A stretch of 64,000 nucleotides of DNA from the human T2T-CHM13v2.0 reference genome, Homo sapiens (GCF_009914755.1 NC_060929.1), one strand, 5' to 3'; shown: positions 47,684-63,509, counted from the stretch's first letter. The notes: a model not told the origin generated them from the letters alone. Translations and numbers: made by a program.

Positions 47684-48178
47684 TAAACACATTTCTTTAC
47701 TGCAGAAATTAAGATCAAATGCTGCTCTGATTTTCTAAAAATAATAATGATGATGTCGCCTTTCTCAAACTTAATTTAATCCACCCCCCACCACCCACTT
47801 CTCCCAACATCACGTGGGGTTTGTGTTCCCTCCAAGAGTCTTTGGGAAACGCTCGTCGTTATGGCTGCCATTAGTAAACACCTGGCGATACCTCCCCGCT
47901 ACGGATGGACGGCAGAAGGGCTAGTCTCTGCTCAACAATTCAAGAGGCTAGTTTGTCTACAGCGGCACCATCACCAACACTGCTGGTCTCAGTGGCTATA
48001 ATTGGAAACACTGCCTTAGGGTGTTAAGTCCTGAGGATAGAGACCATCTTCAGCTCTTCACAGCACCTACATAACCTGTAGGCACATAAGTTTTTCCAAC
48101 TACATTTGTAAATATAAATACTACTCAGGAAGGTTAAAATAACGGCAACCAGGAAAACACCAAATATTATGTATTTGA

Positions 48179-48361
<183 letters not shown>

Positions 48362-49469
48362 TAAAGTACTTTTGCCCTTCCTATTTGATAACTGAAAAAT
48401 AGCTTCAGTCTATAATCTGCACATAACATACATTTACTGATTTCTGCAACCTCATCTGCTATTAGAAAACATTAGAGATTGTATCCCTCTCTCTTTTTCG
48501 GTAATATAATGGTTTTTCCACAGGTAACCGAAAATAAATTCAAAAGCTGGCTTCTAGGCATACTCTTCAAAGTGGCAAAGTCACATAAGTCAGTTATGAG
48601 TAAATGTTTACTAATGGTAGAGTTTGTGCCACTAGAATCAAGTTTGTATGTATAAAAGCACAAGTTAGCAAAGAGAGATAGAAGGGAATTAAGTGGATAT
48701 ATCCAGAGATTCTTATAAGATTTTGTGGTTCAGAGAGCAAATGTTATTCCACAACATTTTCCCATATTATGTTAATATGTTACCAATATATTTCAGGATC
48801 CGATATTCTTTCCTTGCATATGCTGAAACCAAATCCTAGCTGCATGATTCAGATGAAAGTTAAACATCGGGCCAAAGAAACAGATTAACAACAAATTTGG
48901 AGAAACATCTAAATGATGTTAAATTAATGTACTTATTTCAGGAGATACTTGTTCGCAAAATACTTGAACTAGTAAACTTAGTTGTGGGGGAAACAAAAAT
49001 CAATGTATTTTGTTCTTTCCCAACTTGGTTTGAAATCTTTTCAACATTTCAAAGCAGCTAAAATATCCGCCAACCCATACAAAAGAAATTAAGATGGCAG
49101 GCTGCATACATCTGCTTTGACCCAAAAACAAAAAGCCATTTTGCGCTGTCTTTAGAGCCAGCATAATGAAAGCACAAAAGCCCAGATGGCTTAGATTTTT
49201 CTTTACACAAAGTAACTGAGAGGACTGACATCTAAACTATCTATTCAGCAAGTCTGATCCTAATGGCAACTTTAGACCCGGAATTTCTATAAGACAAAGA
49301 GGAATGCTTTTAGGCAAGTAAAAAATTTATTGGTCTACACTGATATCCTTCAGTGTATTCGTATTTGTCCACTGTGCCTGGAGATATTAGGGAAAATGTC
49401 TTCATCAAATGGCACCATCGATTCATTCTGCTATTCTTTATTTACAATGCCTTAACTTATTAAATCTGA

Positions 49470-49800
<331 letters not shown>

Positions 49801-50044
49801 GCTTATTTTTTTAAATAATTTTAGAAAGAAAAATGAAATATATCCTCAGTTAAATAGTATATGACTCAAATGTCTGTTGGCAGGAAGGAGGAGGAGGAAA
49901 AGACCACATATAGGTAAGCTCAACCTAGTATCAATTCTGATGCCTTAATGTGATCGCTCTAAAAAGTTTGGGGAAGGGGGCTGGTCTAGGTTTTTCCTGC
50001 AGAGTAAAATGGCTTTTTGGAGGGGGTTACGGGCGGGGGGGTGG

Positions 50045-50328
50045 GACATGGAGTCTTGCTCTGTCGTCCAGGCTGGAGTGCAGTTGCATGATCTCAGCTC
50101 ACTGCTATCTCTGCCTCCCGGGTTCAAGCAATTCTCCTGCCTCCAAGTAGCTGGGACTACAGGCATGCACCACCATGCCCAGCTCATTTTTGTATTTTTT
50201 CTTTTTTAGTAGAGACAGGGTTTTGCCTTGTTGGCCAGGCTGCTCTTGAACTCCTGACCTCAGGTGATCCACCCGCTTTCAGGCTCCCAAAGTGCTGGGA
50301 TTACAGGTGTGAGCCACCACACCTGGCT
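50045..50328 (-). mobile_element. AluS whose tail position holds a G-rich tract (50019-50045)
   Basis: TSD aaatggcttttt / aaatgcctttt. Confidence 0.88.
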
Positions 50329-50995
50329 TCAAATGCCTTTTAACCAAAATAATAGACAGCGTAAGACTTTATTTCTACCATGAGCTCAATTATACATTTC
50401 TGAACTTGAAGTCCTTCAGGGAAAGAATGAAAAAGAAGACATTATGTTCCGGAGACTCTGTTATTTGTTCCCTTCATGATTTCACATTTTTTTAAGAAAA
50501 AGTTATACTTCAACCCAGAGCAGTGGCCTTAGTAATCACATCCCAGCTATGCTAGTTAGCTTGGTTTTATACTGGAAAGTAAGGTCTCCAGTACTGACTG
50601 ATCCTGGAATTGCTTCAGTATATGCAACAGAGAAGTAGCAATCAACACATCTTTACAAATGACACTTTAAAACTCGGAAACTTGGGTCACATGTTTGTTA
50701 TTAGGATCAATATCAGAGCACTCAAATGAAAATATCTTATGAACGTTAGAGAATTGTATAAATGTAAGGCCCAGAAAGCACCTCCACACAGGTGATCTCT
50801 TTAGTGCCCAGGTCATAATGTGAGCTCACTGTCCTTTTGAGGATGAAGGATGTGAAACCTTCATCATGGTTTCACATTTATTTGCCATGCTAAGTCCTCT
50901 GCGAAGATCAAACCAAATAATGCAAACTTAAAATGATGTCAATTAATATATAAATTAGGATATCACTTGTTAATTTAATTGAAGAAAGACTTAAT

Positions 50996-51308
<313 letters not shown>

Positions 51309-51320
51309 TTACTGATCACT

Positions 51321-51380
51321 GGGAAGGAAAGAAGGAAGGAAGGAAGGGAGGGAAGGAGGGAGGGAGGGTGGTTGGTTGGT
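51321..51380. repeat. Purine-rich (GGAA)n/(GGAG)n repeat followed by (GGTT)n
   Basis: Directly visible. Confidence 0.85.
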
Positions 51381-52313
51381 TAACTGAACAAGCCCAGTAA
51401 AAAGACTGTGTATAACTTTAGGTACATTAAAAGGACAATATACAATTGAGAGTACAGGCTAAAAAAAAAAAAAAACAGGCACAAAGAAACAAAAAGTATA
51501 GATTCTAGGTCACCAGTGACATTTATTATTGCTGTCACTGAATGTGCAAAGGGGCTTAATCGTAGATGTATAGAAAAAGTTCTTCTCCCCATGCATATGT
51601 AAATTAACTCAGTCATCAGTTAGGGTCTTATTTTCAGTTTTTATCCTAAATGCATTCATTCAGAAGAGTTTTTTGGCCAGCAGATATAAACAAATTAACT
51701 GACCTTTTTTTTGCCTCTGGCTTTTAGACACTAATCAAATTTCTTAACGGTTTTGTGAATTCCTGTCATGATTCCCTAACCTGCTGGCTGACTACTCAAG
51801 GGTTCGTCTGTATTATTTTCCAGGCCCAGACTAGCTGGACCTCATTACCTTCAAGCAGAAGATAGCCCGCAAAAATTGAATGAGGCCTGATCCATACATG
51901 AGAAGCCCTCTTTTCTCCCTATTCTTCTGTTTTCTCATGTGACTTTGATCAAAGCGCTCTGGACTAAGCCTGGTCACACGTAAATGACACAGCAAAACTA
52001 AATGATCTGGAAAGTCCTTTCCTGCCCCCAAATTCCCTGAGTTTAACAGACACCCAATAAATGCTTGAATTAAAATGCCCCACATAAACCTCATGGGAAT
52101 TTCTTCCAGGAATTCCTCAAAAGCCTTTGCCAAGAAGGCACAGAGAAATTGAAGAATAACAACAGTAAACTGTCCACGTCAGGACTAGTGAGGGTAGAAC
52201 TAGGAATGAAATGGGAATGGTTCTCACCCTAGAGCTGACATAAGCCAATATTAGTCACTACCTAAAAAGAGAGCCTCGAAATCCATTATAAAAAAAAATC
52301 ATGATCATATGTT

Positions 52314-52667
<354 letters not shown>

Positions 52668-53218
52668 TTAAAGATTCCTACACTTCTACAACATTGCCAA
52701 AATGTCAAAGCCACCTGCAGTGGTCACTGTCTCTCCTTTTGAATGCAAGGAAATATTCATGACAGCCTCTCACCTACTTCAACAGAAGAGGCATGAGGAA
52801 AATGATCCCTGGTAATACCCAGGTGTAAAATCTCTGGCATTACTCTTTTCCCAGACAGCCAAGAGGCCAGCTATTTATTGTCAAAGGCTGTCACCCCATC
52901 TGCTGTTGTGCCATCCTATACTTAGGGGGCCTCAGTGTCACTTTGCCCTGTGTGCTATCATCTCTCCCGTCCAGGATGACATCCATTCTTCACAGTGGGA
53001 GAGAAGAGCGGGTCCACACTGTCTACGTAAGTGTGTTCATCAAACCTCTGCTTTCAACCTCCTATCCTCCTCCTGGCTACAGAACCCTTTCCCTGAGCTC
53101 CTGTCACAGAGCCCGTTTTCTAAGCCTTCCTTATCTTTCAATCTTCTCAGGACTATTAAAAAAAAAAAGCTGTGCTCATTTTCAGATATGAGACTATAAC
53201 TAGAAATAGTGCCTAAGA

Positions 53219-53312
53219 GTCTACGGCCTTACTATCCTGAAGGTTCGTGATCTCGTCTGATCTCGTGAAGCTAAGCAGGGTATTGGGCCTGGTTAATACT
53301 CGGATGGGAAAC
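53219..53312 (+). pseudogene. 3'-truncated 5S rRNA retropseudogene (RNA5SP family)
   Basis: GTCTACGGCCTTACTATCCTGAAGGTTCGTGATCTCGTCTGATCTCGTGAAGCTAAGCAGGG...GCCTGGTTAATACTCGGATGGGAAAC aligns to 5S rRNA nt 1-~92. Flanked by a degenerate TSD (gaaatagtgcctaaga / gaaacatagtcctaaga). Confidence 0.93.
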
Positions 53313-53549
53313 ATAGTCCTAAGACAGACAATCTAAACTGATTTTTTCTAACAGCATGTAAGAATTATCTCACTGCTCTTAACTATATTTCTGATCTTAA
53401 GTATATATAATATCACTCTTACTTTTAGAAATATGAAATGCATGGCCCAATATTAATGCTGTAAGAATTAGTCACACATGGCTAGCTATATTTCTTCTAG
53501 GTTTTATCTTTTTCTTTTCTTCTTAGGTTTAAAAGACTATTCCTTTTAA

Positions 53550-53945
53550 ATAAAATGTAGCATATTCATATAATGGACTATTACTCTGCAATAAAAAAGA
53601 GTGAAGTGCTGGTACATGCTGCACCATGGGTGACCCCTGAAAACATTATGCTAAGTGAAAGAAGCCAGACACAAAGGACCACGTATTGTTTGATTCCATT
53701 TGTAAGAAATGTCCATAACAGGCAGAGCTATAGAGACAGAAAGCAGCTGCCCAAGGCTGGGGGAGGAGTGAGGGTGGAGGGAGAGCTTGGGAATGACAGC
53801 TCAGGGTTACAGCGTTTCTATTTTAAATAATGAAAATGTTTCAACATCTATTGTAGTGATAATTTCACAATTCTGTGACTATACTAAAAGCCACTGAATT
53901 GGCAGTTTAAGTGGGTGAATTATATCACAATCAAACTGTTCAATT
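53550..53945 (+). mobile_element. L1MB-like 3' end
   Basis: aaacattatgctaagtgaaagaagccagacacaaaggaccac...gtgggtgaattatat. Confidence 0.85.
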
Positions 53946-53974
53946 AAAACAAAACAAAACAAAACAAAACTATT

Positions 53975-54292
<318 letters not shown>

Positions 54293-55501
54293 TCAGACCA
54301 TCACTCAAGCTAATGCAAGTTGTTAACGAATCAAATCCTAGGTGCTAAAATGTGGCTTTAGCTGCTTTTCCTCTTGTAGCTAAAAGTAACATCTGCAAAC
54401 TATTTTAAAATCTCCATCAAAGATAGCAATGAGCCAATAATGAATACTCAAGAGTATGGCTTTCCTCAAATGGCAGGAATTATTTTTTCTCTATGGTATT
54501 TACTTCATCTTAACCATTGCAGATAATGTCCCGAACAGGGAACATCCAAAATTCAGGGAGTGGATGCTGAAGTCTACACTCGCTGGTGCTACCTCCAAAC
54601 ATCCATGAGGCCCATGTATTACTTTCCAAGGCAAGTTATGACCTTTTGGTGGAGGGAAAAAAAATAAAGCGAGATACATGTTTTAAATAAACTATCTTCA
54701 GATGTTAATTATAAATACATCTTATATCAGAAAAAAATAAATGCTAAAGTTGAAATAGCTGCAAATTTTAATCTCCCTGGTTTATCACTGCTCGGGGAAG
54801 GAAATTAGGTTAATCGGACAGGATTTGCCCTTTACAAAGGCATGTTGGCAACATTCCCTGGAGGCCTGATCTCTTTTGAGTCCTTTGTTACAAAAGCTTC
54901 CTGAAACTCGGGACAGCATATGCTCCAACCCATTGTCATAAGAGTGACTGTCTCTCAGCTCAGCCAGTTAACATCTGTCATTAGCTCTGTTTGCAGGAGC
55001 AAAAGCAGATGCTTGGAACAAGGCACTGTGAACTCTGACGTGGCGGGGAGATGGATGCATTTTAGAACAGCAGATCATTCCAGGAGACTGAAATGCTCAC
55101 TGAATTCTCAAGGGTTAGCTACCTGTTACCCTCACTGGAAGACCTACGCTATTATTAATTATCCCAAAATGATTCCCAGAACCATCTGTAACATCCAAAC
55201 AGCAGCCAGATGAACGACGGACTTTAACGTCTGAAACGAAGCAACTGCATTTGAAACTTCTAACACAGGCCACGAGCTGAATTTACAAATGGAACAGTAT
55301 TGTTTTCTGTGAGATTGCACACGCCTGCATTCAAGTCTTCATCTAGGAAACCCTCTGGGGATTTCTTTTCCCTTAAAAATTCATTAGAATAATCAATCGT
55401 ATGACACATCACAGCTTGTACTGCAGCCGTCTCATCTTTAACAAGTTCAGGAAAATGTGTCAACACAGATATTTGCAAATTCTAAAGAAAGACCTGTTCA
55501 A

Positions 55502-55833
<332 letters not shown>

Positions 55834-56702
55834 TCATTCAAGCAAAGTAAGTGGAAGAAGGGAGGTGGAGTCTACAGATGGGGCCTCTTGTCTTAGAGAG
55901 TCTTGCTCAAGCTTCCGGGATCTGATGGGGGCAGGGACGAGGGTAAGGAAGCAGGTGCCAGCATGCATGATTTAGGGATGAGTCCAACGCTGCAGTCATC
56001 CATGACCCTGAGTGAGTGGTTCTTAAAAGTTTCCACCCAAGGGCCTCCCCTTGCCTCAGCCTTCTTCTGGCCATCTTTCTGGTTCCTTCATGCCAGGTGG
56101 CATGGACAATGGGATAAAAGACCATATTAGAAATCTATGGAAACTTTGGGAGTTCCAACAGAAGCATTTAAATAGGAATCGAGCTTAGAAAACAAGCAAT
56201 ATGTATCAGCCTATCATGGCAAATGATAAGTTAACGATTTAACTGATCTTCCATGTTAAAAATAGGCATTATATGTGTCAATTAGGTTAGTATATGCACA
56301 ATCAACTCGCTTTCTGAAATACTTCGAGGAGGAGAGCTTCCTTGGAAATGTGCTGGGCTCTGATGAACACACAACACACAGGCTTGTCCTCATTTTGCTG
56401 TCCCTGAAAGCAGCTCTCCCTTAAGCCAACCCAGAAAACAACACTGGGTTACAGACTAAGCCACTGGCAGGTGTTAGTATTTAAAACTAAGCACTCAAGA
56501 CTACATATGGTTTCTGACACAATACTGCTCAATAAGGATTCCTTTACGGCAGCAGCAGTTGAAAAAGGTACTCAGGCTGTGAAAGTGACCACCTGTATTT
56601 TTAAAGAACATGCTTTGGGAGGAAGACGGTGTATGAGATGCTTTTATTTAGAGCATGGATTTCAAAAAACAAATCCCCACACATAGCCTGCCAACCCCTG
56701 CA

Positions 56703-56896
56703 GACCCATTTTCAAAGTATGGCTTCTAGACTAGCAGCATCAGCAGCACCTGGGGACTTGTTAGAAATGCACATTTGCAGGCTCCTAAAACACCTGCTGA
56801 ATCAGAAGCTCTGGATTGAGACCTAGAATTCAGTGGTTTCACAGGTCTTCCAGGAGGTCCTCATCAATTGAGCCTACTCAATTTTGAGAGCCACTG
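56703..56896 (+). mobile_element. MER5A (hAT-Charlie)
   Basis: agcagcatcagcagcacctggggacttgttagaaatgca...ctgaatcagaagctctgg...ttgagagccactg. Confidence 0.8.
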
Positions 56897-57210
56897 CCCC
56901 ACAGGTAGCAAGAAACATGAGTTTTGCCACGGGCTACTTTAACCTCTTGAGCAAGGAACCTCCTCTCACTGGGAAAACAAAGCAATTGGGCTTAACAACA
57001 GACTCATCCTGGCTGGTCGCACTGGTTGCAAAGAGTCCTGGGCTCACCTCCAGGGAGGCTGTACCATTTGGTGTGGCATAGTGGCCCAGGAATCTCATTA
57101 AGTAGCTCCTCAAGTCATTCCAATGTGTAACCAGAACTGGGAACCCTGGAAGATCCCCTGAAGCACTAAATATCATATCAGAAGTAATTGGGGTAAATGA
57201 GCCTTTAGAT

Positions 57211-57549
57211 CAGGCTTGGCAAACTTTTTCTGCTAAAGGACTGACGGTCCATACGTGAAGCTTTGCAACTCCTCAGCTGTGCCACAAAAGCATCTGCAGG
57301 GACAAAGACCATAGCAAGGCCTTTCCACAAGACGCTACCTGCTGTGAACGCAGTCACAGATAAGAGGCCGATGAATGGGCATGGCTGTGTTCCAATATAA
57401 CTTTATTAAATTTGAATTTCACATGATTTTCACGTGTCAAAATATGCTTCTCGTGAGTTTTTCCAGACATTTAGAAATGTAAGAAACAATCTCAGCTTGT
57501 AGACCATACAATTCAGGCTGTAGGCAAGGGCTGCAGTTTGCTGCCCCTG
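57211..57549 (+). mobile_element. MER58B-like (hAT-Charlie)
   Basis: Ends caggcttggcaaact ... agtttgctgcccctg; internal gaatgggcatggctgtgttccaat. Confidence 0.78.
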
Positions 57550-57902
57550 TTCAGTCGCACACTGGAGTCGTCACATAAGCTTTACACAGGAATGCTGTGT
57601 TGATAACATCTGTCACTTCAACATACACACACAGCTGCTTTCAAAAAAGCTAGATGCTACTTTTGTAAAAAAAAAAAAAAAAATCGAGGTTTAATTTGCA
57701 TGCAATAAAATACACAGCTTTGATGAATCACGCAGAACAATATATTGAGCATTTCTGTTACCTTTGAAAATTCAATCCTCCGAGGTAACCATTTAGTCTG
57801 ATTTTTTAGATGTCTGTTATCTTTAAAATGGCAGCACAATCATATGGTTTGAAATAAAAGCTGAAAGTTCAGGCTTCCATTGCAGTTCTACGTAACACAC
57901 AG

Positions 57903-58200
57903 GGCCGGGTGCAGTGGCTCATGCCTGTAATCTCAACACTCTGGGAGGCCGAGGTGGGCGGGTAACGAGGTCAGGAGTTTGAGACCTGCCTGGCCAACAC
58001 GGTGAAACCCCATCTCTACTAAAAATATAAAAATTAGCCAGGTATGGTGGCATGTGCCCGTAATCCCAGCTACTCAGGAGGCTGAGACAGAAGAATCACT
58101 TGAACCCGGGAGGTGGAGGTGGCAGTGAGCCGAGAGTATGCCACTGTACTCCAGCATGGACAACAGAGCAAGACTCCATCTCAGGGGAAAAAAAAAATAA
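57903..58200 (+). mobile_element. AluSg-like
   Basis: TSD gtaaca(c/t)aca. Confidence 0.9.
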
Positions 58201-58364
58201 GTAACATACACCACTTGGCATAAGCTCTGGTCTCTCTCCAACATGGGGCTCCTGTTTGGGATTTACCCGCCTGCTCTTTATCCTGTGTTCTCATCCAGCC
58301 CACAGTGGGGTCTTTTAAGCCAAGGAGGGCAGGGGTACCCCTGGAGTAGAGTGGAACAAGCTGG

Positions 58365-59020
58365 CTTTAGTCCATTTGGGCTGCTGTAACAAACTACCAC
58401 AGACTGGATGGCTAATTAACAATAGAAATCTATTTCTCCTGGTTCTAGAGGCTGGGAAGTCCAAGAGCAAGGATATTCTGCATCTGGTGAGTGTTGCTTT
58501 CTGGTTCATAGATGGGACCTTGTAGCTGTGCCCTCATGTGGTGGAAGGGACAAACAAGCTCCCTTAGGCCTCTTTTATATGGGCACTAACTCCATTCATG
58601 AGGGGCCCACCCTCATGACCTAATCACCTCCTAAAGGTCTTACCTCCCAATACCATCACATTGGGGGCTAGGATTTCAACATAGGAAGTTTGGGGCCAGG
58701 TGCAGGCACCTTATAATCCCAGTGCTTTGGGAGGCTGAGGCAGGAGGATCATTTGAGGCCAAAAGTTTGAGACCAGCCTGGGCAACACAGTGAGATCCCA
58801 TCTCTACAAAAAAGTTGAAAAATTACCTGGCCATGGTGGCACATGCCTGTAATCCCAGTTACTTGGGAGGCTGAGACAGGAGGATCACTGAAACCCAGGA
58901 ATCTGAGGCTGTAGTGAGCCATGATCATGCCACTGTACTCCAGCCTGGGTGACAGGGTGACACTAACTCAAAATAATAATAATAATAATTTTGGAGAAAT
59001 ACAAACATTCAGACCATGGC
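58365..59020 (-). mobile_element. MaLR solo LTR (MLT1A-like) interrupted by an AluJ (58694-58989, plus strand)
   Basis: ttagtccatttgggctgctgtaacaaa...ggctgggaagtccaag...ccctcatgacctaatcacctcc...acaaacattcagaccatggca. Confidence 0.82.
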
Positions 59021-59618
59021 AAGGCCCTTCCACAAGATGTCACCTTCACCCACCCCCAGAGCTGTTCACTCCCTGAGCATCCCTGGCCCACCCCCACCCA
59101 GGGCCGTGCCCTTCCTTCAGGCCCCAATTCTCTCTCTCTCAAGATAGAAACAGGTAAGGGAAATTTCCTCAGAAACATAAATATAACTTAACTGAGTTAT
59201 CTGAACCCAAAGACCACCCTTGATGGCCACCATGTATGTAGCTCAATGGAGGGGAAAGAAGATATTTCAGGAAGCTGCTTTATCAGTGGGATTTCTCTAC
59301 AAATTAGAAAAACCTGCACACTATTAACTCACAACGTGGAAGAAGCGGCCAATCACTGGGTTCTGTTTTAGACACAAAAAGAAAAGAGGGCAGGGCCATA
59401 AGAAAGGGGGAGAAAAATGAGAGAAACAAATGTCTCTGGAGATTTATACCATCAGAAAGGCCAGCCCCTCCTCCCATAGCCCCTACACCCACAGGGCAGG
59501 AAGTAGCTCGACTGGAAGTAAATAGCAAATAAGTGGAAAGTTTGGGGTAGGGGACACAGTGAGAAGAGGAAGAAGAAAGACTTTCCAATTGATCTCAGAT
59601 CAAAGTACCCACTGAGTC

Positions 59619-59810
59619 AGTGGTTCTCTAATTTCAGTGTGAATAAAATCATTCGGGCAACTCGTTAAATGCAGATCCCAGGCCCATATTTACTGAGAAA
59701 TGGATTCAGGCAATTTTGAAATGAGTCAAAAAACCCTGCATTTTTAACAAAGGCCCCAGTGGTTATGAAGCAGCTGGTCAGAGAAACGCACTTGCAGAGA
59801 CACTCCGTTA
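59619..59810 (-). mobile_element. MER5-family fragment
   Basis: cagtggttctc...gttaaatgcagatcccaggccc...ctgcatttttaacaa. Confidence 0.65.
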
Positions 59811-60212
59811 GTATCTGGGACACTTAAACCCAAATGTCCTCCTCTAACAGAGTGTTCAACTTGAGAGGATGGGAGAAGGAAGGAAGAGATGGGAAAATCA
59901 AGAGTAAGCAGAGGCTCTTAAGAGAGTCAACGGATGAACTCCAGGGCCTCTGACAGATGAGGGCCCGTGATGAACGATGGGTGGGTGGAGGGGTGGATGG
60001 ACGGATGGAGAGAGGGAGCTATTCCAAATCAACGCAAGCACCGAAGACATTCTACAGAACCAGCTAAGAAAGGATGGCCAAAAAGGAGCTGATTACTACC
60101 TAGGAAAAACAAAGGCCTCGTTAGCACTTTCTAAGCCCAGCTTGCAAAAGTGTGCTTTCACAACAATTTTTTAAGGCAATTATTTTGATACGATGGCCAT
60201 TTCATCTATGAA

Positions 60213-60875
<663 letters not shown>

Positions 60876-61039
60876 TCAAGAGAAAGCATAAATGTCATTG
60901 CAAGAAAGCGGAGGACAGGTACACTTAATCCCTGGGGCCTGCAGAGAAAAGAAGTGAACACAGCAAAGACACCAACTCCCATTACCAGTCTCACTCCGTC
61001 TTGGAGAACTAAGGTGAAAAAGTGGAAAGATGATAAACT

Positions 61040-61230
61040 CTGGATGCAAACCCCAATACTATCACTCCCCACTAGCCAGGTGTGGACTCCTGGACGTGTT
61101 ATTACACCTAGGCTCAATTGCCATCTCATTAAAATATGGCTGGTTAATATTGCCTTCCTCATGGGATACTTACAGGAATTAAACAGGACAAACAGATTGG
61201 CATGTACCAGCATGGTGCCTGCTGGAGAGA
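61040..61230 (+). mobile_element. MIR
   Basis: ctcaattgccatctcattaaaatatgg...cctcatggga...gcatggtgcctg. Confidence 0.6.
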
Positions 61231-63040
61231 TGTCACCCAGCAAATCTCAATCTCTCCCCTTTACCCATCCGAAATGCCAACCCTGATAAGGCCCTCATCC
61301 TCACCAACTATGAGGAGGTCATGGCTTAGAACTGGGTGCCCCTCTTCCCACCACTCAGCAGAAAGGGGACCACGGGAAGAATGGGATTCCCTAATGTCAG
61401 AACTGTGGCACCCTGGGTTGGAACTCCAAACACACGTTTAAAGTTGGAATGAGGCAACAAGAGGGCTTCAGCATCATCCCTGCCCTCAGTGCACTGTGGA
61501 TGCCTGGATAGGTCTTTGCAGACCAGCTGGATGATCAATTCACCATGTATATTACTATTTGGAAAGACTTGTTCCAAATAACAGGCCTAAAAAATGCATT
61601 TTTGAAACGGAATGCAACTCATTCACAGACAGACAATTGCCTGTATTGAACAAACTGCCTCTGATTTCTCTTCTGAAATCACACCGGCATTAAATGATGC
61701 TGTCTGATTCCCAGGGATAATTTCTGAACTGTTTTTTGTTCCCAAACAAGGCCTTCGCATTTTTCACAAAATATGACTTTGTTAAAATAAATATAATTTT
61801 ATTATACAACAAAAGCATAGTATTTATTTAAGCATTCAAATAAAAGAATTACGTTTGATTCCGTCCGTTTTCTATTTTATTCCAGTCACAAATTACTGCC
61901 TGGTCGGAGCTTAGCATCCAGTATTAATTAGCGGATTATTTTCAGTATTCACAGGGACCAAAAATACAAGACAGTAGCCCACTTACCTTCAATTTAAATT
62001 TTCAAAGCTAACCACAAAATCGAAAGCAACCACAGGGGTCAATAGCACCAAACATGAGCCCTTTTCTTTGTGCCCAACACCAGCACTGCAAGACCAGGAG
62101 GCTTGCCAGTCATGGGAAAAATCTGGACATACAACAGGCTTACACAGGACTAAGGGGGCTGAGCTACCTAGAAGCTGAGTCTGGAATCTGGAAGTCAAAC
62201 AAAGACTGGAAGGATAGGCCGGTCAGAGGCATGCTTGAGTCCAGATAAACAGACAGATTCTAAGGGTTGGGAAGAAGAGGTGTAGTCTACAGACCCAGGG
62301 AGGAAAAAGGAGGCCAAAGTCTAGGAAGATCCACTAAGAAGAAAATCAACAAATGGACCCAAAGGAGAACAGGAAACCAAAGAAGGTCACGACCCAGGGC
62401 ACAGGCCATTTGCTCTCCCTTGCAAAATATTTAATGCATGTGCATTCGGCTAGAACCTCGCTGGGCCAGTAAATAGTCCTAACAGATCTGATCCCCTCCC
62501 CACCCATCCACCCACCCACTGGGGAGAAGCCCAGCTGTTCAGTCCAAAGGGGCTGGGGTGGGAAGGCAAAAGCCATGTTCTAGGAAAAAGGGTCAGAAAT
62601 AAGCTGGATTCACTTAAAGGGGCCAGGCCCCAGAGACCTCCTGGTCTCACCCATGGATTTTTCAGTGGTGCTGGGAACAAGGTGGGTAACAGAACAGAAA
62701 TGCTGTGTACCTTTGGCAAGCTAAGGTCTACAACACCTCACATAGCCCACATTCCTATAACACAAACGTAGCTCATAATGTTTGCCACTGTAAATGGTTT
62801 CAATATGACTGTTGAAATATACAAACAACAATCTCAGGGTTTACAATGCCATACTTTAAAATAAGATTCTGAGCCAAACTCAACACTCACCCCGAGAGAT
62901 GAAAACAGAATATGTTTCTAGAGTTACTAAGTCAAAGAATTCCCTTGAAAAAGCCTCTCTTCTACCCTCTTCATTTCATTCTGGCCCTAGGGCCTGAGTG
63001 GTTTACACACTACCAGAGTAGAAACAACAGTGAAACTCCG

Positions 63041-63370
<330 letters not shown>

Positions 63371-63509
63371 CTATTTTTTTTTTTTTTTTTTGTCACTTGT
63401 GGTCCTTTTAAGACTTGTAACTTCCTTATGAAAATGCCATATGATCACAGTCTTAATGAAGCATGCGCCATTCTGATGACTTATTTGGCTTCATGCTGAT
63501 TACAAATGG

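Noticed and set aside
51321-51370. EWS-FLI1-type GGAA microsatellite enhancer
   Set aside because: Only about three consecutive GGAA units; too short and interrupted.
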